In this document: positions 7,696 to 13,790 of the stretch, one piece after another | Numbering within the stretch: the first letter of the stretch is position 1 | How the letters are laid out: the number at the start of each line of letters is the position of its first letter | Assembly (NCBI GenBank): GCA_019057635.1 | Contig: DXJL01000161.1 | Span: 1-13,790, forward strand | Origin: Candidatus Heimdallarchaeota archaeon | Lineage (GTDB): Archaea; Asgardarchaeota; Heimdallarchaeia; Hodarchaeales; Hodarchaeaceae | DNA: 13,790 nucleotides | Direction of reading: 5' to 3' | The notes under the pieces: generated by a model | The model's input: the letters and a program-made list of their open reading frames with translations, nothing else | The model's database searches: none | Told to the model about the DNA's origin: nothing | Position numbers and translations under genes: made by a program

Positions 7696-7712
7696 CGAAA
7701 CTCCATTTATAT
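7696..7712 (+). promoter_or_regulatory. Putative BRE/TATA of the A2M gene
   Basis: CGAAA-CTCCA-TTTATAT about 40 nt upstream of the proposed start. It lies inside the ORF-track N-terminal extension, which supports a later start codon. Confidence 0.45.
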
Positions 7713-7752
7713 CAGAAAAAAAAGGATCCATCTTTCTTTAAAAGTGATGAAA

Positions 7753-10700
7753 ATGATTAAACACAAAGTTATTAGCTTAACACTCTTATTAGTTTTATTA
7801 ATTGGAATAGTACAGGTTACATCGGCAGATTTAGATTCAAATCAAGATACTAAATCGGTCAATGATCTGAATAATTTTGAATATGCAGTACCTGATCTTA
7901 AACCGGAAATTCAAGCCTTAGAACAACCTGAACCGTCTGTTTTACCGGTTTTTAACCCTAGTCCTCTAAATTTCAATAATATGACTCCAGAAGTGACATC
8001 AAAGACTGTTCAAGATGATGATGAGCGCTTAATCATACAAATAGACCTTGAGAAAGAAATCACTCAACCTGGTCAACCTCTAAAGTATGTAATTCAAGCT
8101 TCAAGGGGAATGAATCCAGCTCCCGGGGAATGGATAACAATAGAGATAATCAAAGGAGAATACTGGGGGTGGTATCGTTATTATTATTATGATAGTGTAG
8201 ATTACGATAATCGGGTTATTGAAAGCATAACTGTTCCCACAGATGCAGATGGTCAATATGAAGGAGAGTTTCAATCATCTGACCGTGGGCGGTATTCAAT
8301 AATAATTCGTTCGAAGGAGAATTACTATTACAAATCTCGTTCGTTTAACATCGCTGAAATAGGCATTTTTTGGAGAGTTTCCCGAGAATTTGCTAAAGGA
8401 CAGCCCCATTATTCCGTTGCCTATGTTTTAAATACAACAGACTTTTCTCCTATTACAGGAGCCGCTGTAACACTTACTGGTGAGCTATACACATATGATT
8501 ATCAAACAGATAAATATTCACTATACTCAGAAGAGTTATTTGCTGGAATCTCAGATGTTCAGGGAGTAACTGAGATTGTTTTTACTCCACCATCCAATTT
8601 CAGTGAGAACTATCACTTTTTAGCGAATCTCTCAGTTTCCTTTAATGGTGAAACAACCTACGTTCTACGCGATATTTATAGAGGTGGATACTACTGGACT
8701 TCAGATGGCTATCAGGAATTCAGTCCCTATGAGTTTATTGTCACGACTGATAAACCCATTTATAATCCAGGCGAAACTGTGCAAGCTCGTATCCTTTTAT
8801 GGCATAATGATTATTTAAAAGCGACAAAGGAGCCTATTGCAACTTCATTTACTTTGAAACTGCTTACTCCATCCCAACATACATTGTTTCAAAAAACTCT
8901 GAAGTCGAATTCGTTTGGTATTGCTACATACTCTTTCGAACTCGATTCTGAAAGCGAATTGGGAGCTTACAGTATTGTAACTCAGAAAGATGAAGTTATA
9001 ACTACAACAGACATCCGTGTCGATAAATATGAGAAACCTGCTTACCGAGTCGAAATTGAATTGGATAAGGAATATGTTGCTCCAGGTCAAAAGGTTTCTG
9101 GGACGTTAAGTGCGATATACTACTTTGGTAAACCTGTTGTTAAAGGACAGGTAGAGCTCCTTATTGGCGATTTAACAACTCTTTCTGGAATTACTGATGA
9201 AGATGGATTATGGACGTTTTCTTATAAATTACCGAGTTCCCTAGAGGAAAGTGGCTTATATGCATTATCATTAAATGCAACAGTAACTGATACTGTAGAT
9301 CGTGAAGTATCTGTTTCTACATCAGTACAAATTACTGAAAATGTGTATGTCTGGGCCTGGGTAAATCCCTGGTTCCCCAAAGCAGATCAGAACGTGACAC
9401 TATATTTTGGTGCATACCAGTATTCATACGGATTTTATTATTGGAGAAGTTTTCAACCGCTACCAGAGGCTGATGTGACCATCAAGTTATACGGGATGCT
9501 ATCGACATCAATCACTGTTCATGTCGCCACCTATCAATCACAAACCGATGCAGATGGCTATGGACGGTTTGAATTTAATATTCCCCAAGAAGTATTAAGT
9601 TTAACAACTAGGTTCAAAGGTGTGGTAGAATTAGATTCGGGTGATGGACGCAACGGAATGTCGACGTTCTACTTTTCCGTGGATCTTACAAGAACAGATG
9701 CGAAGTTAGATAAAGATACATACTCTTCTGGCGATACAGTCAATATTGATATTAGTATTCACAATATTCTTACATTTACTGCTATGTCTGGAAGTGTACG
9801 AGTTCGCATTTTTGATACCGATTATGAGCTGATAGGTGAGAAAACAAGTGATGTCTCAAACTCTGGAAAGAAATTCTCTTTTCAGCTCTCATCTTTTGCT
9901 CCAAATGGCAAGTATCTTGTTCATATTTACGTAAGTAAGACTTTTACGTACGAATGGGGTTCGTATAATTACTATAGATATGACACAACGGTTTCATTCA
10001 CGGTCGGTCCCTCTCAAAAGTTTTCTATGAGTTTGGATAAACCAAGCTATACCTTGAGTGATACTATGACTATAACAGGACAGGTCGAAGGGGAGACTAA
10101 TGCTCCTGTAATGGTTCAATTTGTGAAAAAAGGAATTCTAACAACACAATATGTCCCACAGAATAATGCAGATTCATTCAGTCTGACGATTGCTGATATA
10201 ACTCCTCTTGCACCGAAAGTATGGATTTATGGATTTGCAATTTTGTCTACTGGATTAATCCAAGAAGTACGTTTGTATGTGGAAATCGATTCAACCCTTA
10301 TTGTGGAAATCAACTCCGATAAGGATGTTTATACACCAGGTGAAGAGGCGCAAATAGACATTCAAGTTTACGATGCTAATAAAAATCCTGTATCAACTGT
10401 GCTGGCAATTTCTTTCATTGACAGTTCAGTATTCGGAGTTGAGCCAGATCCTGAAACTGAAACTGAACATTTTAAGGAACAAGAATTTTGGCCTTCAGTC
10501 TGGACAGTATCTTCATGGAAAAGTCGACAGCTAAACTGGTGGTTCTGGTGGTATGATGATTTCTATGGATTAGGTTATAGTCCTGGTTATTGGAGAGGTG
10601 GCCACGAGATAAATGTGTTCGCCATGGAAGATACCGCGGCTCCTGGTGAGCAAGGGATGAAATCTGCAGACGAAGAGGCTCCTGATGCCGATATGGGGCA

Positions 10701-13617
10701 GAAAATCAGAGATAATTTGCCTGAGAATGCCTATTGGACCCCATTTATTGTTGTTGAAGATGGATCAATGTCCATAACTTTAACACTCCCTGATACTATT
10801 GGTGAATGGACAGTGAGAGTTGTAGCTACCTCATCCACTTCTGGAATTGGTGTATTGGAAAAATATACATTCACGACCTTTATACCATTCTTTGTTGACA
10901 TTGTGAAGGACCCATTTGTCCTTCAAGATGACATATTCATAATTAAAGGTGTCGTGTACAATTATCTAGGCAAATTAACTGATATTGATGTCTCTATAGA
11001 TCCTGCAGCTGGAATAACTGTCTTAGGTGAAGCATCACAAAGAATTCGATTACCTGGCGACTTTTTAGGTTCAATTTCTTGGGCCTGTTTGGCTGAAGAC
11101 GCCAATTTTGTAAATGTAACTATTTTTGCCACCACAGAGCTGGCGAATGGAACTCGTTATTCTGATGCTATAAGAAAAGCAGTTGAAATCATTCCAAATG
11201 GCGTGGAATTGGAATTCAAGGCCAGCAGCTTTGTTTCTCAGGACCCTCAATTTGAATATTACCAGTACTCCGAAGCTGTTAAAAAAATAGAATTTCTCGA
11301 ATTATCGCTAGGACTAGGAGCAACGGCAATCAGCTCATGGGAGCGATTAGTGGGTTATCCTTATGGATGTACAGAACAAACAATATCTCGAGTTGTGCCT
11401 GATGCGCTAATATTAGATTATCTCAATCAAACGGGTCAATTAACAAATGAAACTGCAGATTTATTAACTGATATGCTCGTTACTGGGTTATCTCGGTTGT
11501 ATAGTCAACAACATCCTGATGGAGGCTGGGGCTGGTGGTCAAGTGATTCCTCACGAGTTTATATGACTACTCTTGTCCTTTACGGGTTGAGTGCTGTTCG
11601 AGATGTAGGGATCTACGTCGATCCCGCCGTAGTGAAAGAGGCTCTGCAGTCCATCCTAACCAAACAAAACTATGATGGAAGCTGGACTGTTGACTCGTGG
11701 CGAAATATTGATGGTTTTTCCTTCACAGCGTTCGCTCTTCGGTCACTTGTTAGATGGTCTTCTGAATTAGTAGATAATGATCCGATAAATGATGCCATTA
11801 GCTATATTTCCGATGCATGGAGTGATTCTGCTCACCAATCATCTTATTTAGCTGCTCTATATCTGGATGCAGTCATGGATTCTCCATTTGGCTCTCCTGC
11901 GTTTGAATCTTCATTAATATCATATTTAGTGAGTGAGGTTCAGTTTTCTGGAGACGGTAATTATTGGAAATATTCGACAACTCCTGGATATTGGAGGGCG
12001 TTAGGTGGACAAGTGGAAATAACTGGGTTAGCATTGAAAGCTATCGTTAAAACTGATCCTGCCTCCCATATGCCAATCATTCGCGGTGCTATTCAATGGA
12101 TGTTACAGAGACAATCTCGTTATGGATGGGGAAATACAGCTGATACATCAGCTGCCATTTCAAGTTTGATTACCATTAGTAAAGAGGGTTTCAGTTCAGA
12201 TGATGATGCAAATGTAAAGATATACTTAAATGATGAAGAAATAGGTGATTACGATCTGTCTATAAACGGACAGTCAGTAATTTATCTGGATCTCAAATCC
12301 AAAATCCAACCTGGCGAGAACAACTTCACATTCAGTAAAATTGGGACGGGGAATGTCAGTTATTACTTCTTTAGCCAACAGACTCTTAGGTCGCTACCTG
12401 ATATTCTAATACCATCTGAGGTCTCTTCTGCTCCCAGTCAGGAAATCAATGTTCCCATTCGTCTTACACCTTTGTCATCCGAGGTTTTCGCTGCGAATAT
12501 CACTATCAAACCCGTACAAGGAGAATTACTTCCAGTGATCAATCTTCCTCAAACTATCCAATTGTTGACCCAAGACACGATCATAAATTTCAAATATGAA
12601 GTACCAGCCACTCCAGGGGTTTATTCTATTCCAGGATTCGAAATTGTCTATCTACTCTCAAATAGTGAACAATCATCATTTTCCCCAGGAATTATCAGTC
12701 GACAATATGGACCAATAGATCTCGTTGTGCTCAGCTCAACCGAAGGAATGCTTCCTGTGCTATCATCAACACCCGTACCAGCTCCTCTGCCTAAAGTTGA
12801 CTTGAGTCTTCTTTCGAAATCGAGTGTCTCAGGGTTAACATTAGATCGAGAGTTTTCAAATGAGAAATATATTCAACCTGGAGATCTGATCCTTGTCACT
12901 CTAAAAGTAACAAATGATAATGACTCTATGAATTTCTTAATGTTAGAAGAATCTATACCTGCAGGTTTCTCTGTTGATCCAAGCACTATTCAGCATTCAC
13001 AGCAAATGTACCAGATTACAAGTAGAGGAATTACATTTTTCTTCTCCCAATTACCAATGGGAAAAACTGAGGTAAGCTACGGGTTAATTGCTTCAAATAT
13101 ACGTCAATCTTTAGTAATTCCAGCCAAGTTGTCAAGTATGTATGACGATTGGATGGTGAAAAGTGCGCCTGCAGTCTTGGGTGAAGCACGAGTACCAATT
13201 GATCCACAAACAGGTGAAATTGTCAAAGATTTAAGCTATCCTTCTCTCCTTAAGCTAAAGCTTTCTGAAGTACAAGATACTTCATCTCCTTATCTGAATA
13301 TCGAAGTGTCAGCGGTGGATAATTGGGGTGTTGCATCCGTAATAGTATATATCAAGCAATCCTCATGGTATTCATTCGATTGTTTCGAGGGAGGTAACGG
13401 GTGGAATGCTAAAGCTCGAGGATTAACAACTGGGAATGCTCGTGTATTTGTTGAAATTATGGATTACGCAGGAAATGTCTTTGTAACAAGTGAAAATGTT
13501 CAAATGCTGGATCTGGAGGTAATATTTATACCATTCATCCCCATACTCTCTTTATTATTATTTGCTATTGTGACTGGAATGGGGATTAGTGTATATGTTC
13601 GCAAACGTGGTATATAG
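7753..13617 (+). CDS. Alpha-2-macroglobulin / thioester-containing protein (TEP), secreted and C-terminally membrane-anchored, ~1954 aa
   Basis: Signal peptide MIKHKVISLTLLLVLLIGIVQVTSA. MG-domain motif TDKPIYNPGETV; post-bait motifs IRDNLPENAYW and LPDTIGEW; thioester PYGCTEQT (CTEQ at 11368-11379); TED repeats QHPDGGWGWW, QNYDGSW, GWGNTADT; C-terminal MG domain (GDLILVTLKV..LEESIPAGF..PAKLSSMY); TM helix followed by RKRGI. Start at 7753 (or 7747) based on the AAGTGA SD and the signal peptide. Confidence 0.93.
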   Translation: MIKHKVISLTLLLVLLIGIVQVTSADLDSNQDTKSVNDLNNFEYAVPDLKPEIQALEQPEPSVLPVFNPSPLNFNNMTPEVTSKTVQDDDERLIIQIDLEKEITQPGQPLKYVIQASRGMNPAPGEWITIEIIKGEYWGWYRYYYYDSVDYDNRVIESITVPTDADGQYEGEFQSSDRGRYSIIIRSKENYYYKSRSFNIAEIGIFWRVSREFAKGQPHYSVAYVLNTTDFSPITGAAVTLTGELYTYDYQTDKYSLYSEELFAGISDVQGVTEIVFTPPSNFSENYHFLANLSVSFNGETTYVLRDIYRGGYYWTSDGYQEFSPYEFIVTTDKPIYNPGETVQARILLWHNDYLKATKEPIATSFTLKLLTPSQHTLFQKTLKSNSFGIATYSFELDSESELGAYSIVTQKDEVITTTDIRVDKYEKPAYRVEIELDKEYVAPGQKVSGTLSAIYYFGKPVVKGQVELLIGDLTTLSGITDEDGLWTFSYKLPSSLEESGLYALSLNATVTDTVDREVSVSTSVQITENVYVWAWVNPWFPKADQNVTLYFGAYQYSYGFYYWRSFQPLPEADVTIKLYGMLSTSITVHVATYQSQTDADGYGRFEFNIPQEVLSLTTRFKGVVELDSGDGRNGMSTFYFSVDLTRTDAKLDKDTYSSGDTVNIDISIHNILTFTAMSGSVRVRIFDTDYELIGEKTSDVSNSGKKFSFQLSSFAPNGKYLVHIYVSKTFTYEWGSYNYYRYDTTVSFTVGPSQKFSMSLDKPSYTLSDTMTITGQVEGETNAPVMVQFVKKGILTTQYVPQNNADSFSLTIADITPLAPKVWIYGFAILSTGLIQEVRLYVEIDSTLIVEINSDKDVYTPGEEAQIDIQVYDANKNPVSTVLAISFIDSSVFGVEPDPETETEHFKEQEFWPSVWTVSSWKSRQLNWWFWWYDDFYGLGYSPGYWRGGHEINVFAMEDTAAPGEQGMKSADEEAPDADMGQKIRDNLPENAYWTPFIVVEDGSMSITLTLPDTIGEWTVRVVATSSTSGIGVLEKYTFTTFIPFFVDIVKDPFVLQDDIFIIKGVVYNYLGKLTDIDVSIDPAAGITVLGEASQRIRLPGDFLGSISWACLAEDANFVNVTIFATTELANGTRYSDAIRKAVEIIPNGVELEFKASSFVSQDPQFEYYQYSEAVKKIEFLELSLGLGATAISSWERLVGYPYGCTEQTISRVVPDALILDYLNQTGQLTNETADLLTDMLVTGLSRLYSQQHPDGGWGWWSSDSSRVYMTTLVLYGLSAVRDVGIYVDPAVVKEALQSILTKQNYDGSWTVDSWRNIDGFSFTAFALRSLVRWSSELVDNDPINDAISYISDAWSDSAHQSSYLAALYLDAVMDSPFGSPAFESSLISYLVSEVQFSGDGNYWKYSTTPGYWRALGGQVEITGLALKAIVKTDPASHMPIIRGAIQWMLQRQSRYGWGNTADTSAAISSLITISKEGFSSDDDANVKIYLNDEEIGDYDLSINGQSVIYLDLKSKIQPGENNFTFSKIGTGNVSYYFFSQQTLRSLPDILIPSEVSSAPSQEINVPIRLTPLSSEVFAANITIKPVQGELLPVINLPQTIQLLTQDTIINFKYEVPATPGVYSIPGFEIVYLLSNSEQSSFSPGIISRQYGPIDLVVLSSTEGMLPVLSSTPVPAPLPKVDLSLLSKSSVSGLTLDREFSNEKYIQPGDLILVTLKVTNDNDSMNFLMLEESIPAGFSVDPSTIQHSQQMYQITSRGITFFFSQLPMGKTEVSYGLIASNIRQSLVIPAKLSSMYDDWMVKSAPAVLGEARVPIDPQTGEIVKDLSYPSLLKLKLSEVQDTSSPYLNIEVSAVDNWGVASVIVYIKQSSWYSFDCFEGGNGWNAKARGLTTGNARVFVEIMDYAGNVFVTSENVQMLDLEVIFIPFIPILSLLLFAIVTGMGISVYVRKRGI

Positions 13618-13624
13618 TTTTCCT

Positions 13625-13790
13625 CCGTTCTGAAAGACTTACCCAAATAGGACTGGTAAAAATAATTAGGAATAATTATTACAAATAGTCCTTGGAGCTG
13701 TTCTTCCTGATTCATCGACGCGAGCCTGCATTAATACAGGTCTTACCGCCTCTCCACAGGCGTTTAAGGTCTCCGCAGAACTCTCGGTGA
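13625..13790 (-). mobile_element. Right end of a tnpB-carrying IS, probably IS607 family (truncated by the window edge)
   Basis: - strand ACCGAGAGTTCTGCGGAGACCTTAAACGCCTGTGGAGAGGCGGTAAGACC...GTCGATGAATCAGGAA matches the tnpB-tail/omegaRNA pattern as I recall it. It ends in ...TTTGGGTAAGTCTTTCAGAACGG, an IS607-type end with a terminal GG. GC content is higher than in the flanking spacers. Confidence 0.75.
13666..13788 (-). CDS. tnpB: C-terminal tail of TnpB (partial; 5' part lies outside the window)
   Basis: Open frame ..TESSAETLNACGEAVRPVLMQARVDESGRTAPRTICNNYS*. The 'SSxETLNACGxxVRP' tail is characteristic of TnpB. An alternative frame gives the equally typical SMNQE. RuvC motifs are not visible in the window. 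Confidence 0.6.
   Translation of the reverse strand, partial: TESSAETLNACGEAVRPVLMQARVDESGRTAPRTICNNYS

Larger units (their letters stand above)
13605..13790 (-). ncRNA. Putative TnpB omegaRNA/reRNA (scaffold to 13625 plus ~20-nt flanking guide)
   Basis: Serial - strand hairpins CGCCT-GTGGAG-AGGCG, CCTGTA-TTAA-TGCAGG (its G-U pair works only on the - strand) and AGGACT..AATAATTA-TTCC-TAATTATT..AGTCCT. Loop TGGAG (13756-13752) is complementary to CTCCA (13697-13693). The guide length is inferred. Confidence 0.6.

Noticed and set aside
7678-7752. ORF-track N-terminal extension of A2M from TTG 7678
   Set aside because: It contains the likely TATA box and SD; the signal peptide begins at 7747/7753.
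8845-9090. 81-aa antisense ORF inside the A2M gene
   Set aside because: Fully nested on the opposite strand, with no motif or initiation signal.
13500-13715. 71-aa - strand ORF (MNQEEQ...)
   Set aside because: It starts in the conserved omegaRNA sequence (TCGATGAATCAGGAA), crosses the IS end and runs antisense into the A2M gene. It is a chimeric frame, not a gene.
1-13790. CRISPR array or rRNA
   Set aside because: No regularly spaced 25-40-nt repeats and no rRNA-like segment seen.

Overview
AT-rich archaeal DNA, almost certainly from an Asgard archaeon: it carries an intron-less, eukaryote-like actin, archaeal BRE/TATA promoters, GTGA/GAGGT Shine-Dalgarno sites and an archaeal PolB with a uracil pocket. 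Gene order: (1) a GbsR/MarR-like regulator with two tandem winged-HTH units (+); (2) Asgard actin (-) with a hairpin/U-tract terminator and an apparently structured 5' leader; (3) a ~790-bp divergent intergenic region; (4) an unknown, internally duplicated multi-TM protein (+); (5) a gamma-carbonic-anhydrase/PaaY-like protein (+); (6) a PolB3-like DNA polymerase with intact catalytic acids but unusual substitutions in motif B and the YxGG motif (+); (7) a ~1950-aa secreted, C-terminally membrane-anchored alpha-2-macroglobulin/thioester protein with an intact CTEQ motif (+); (8) the right end of a probable IS607-family element (tnpB 3' tail plus omegaRNA), missed by the ORF track and inserted 7 bp after the A2M stop codon (-). 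All homology statements come from recalled family motifs; no search was run.
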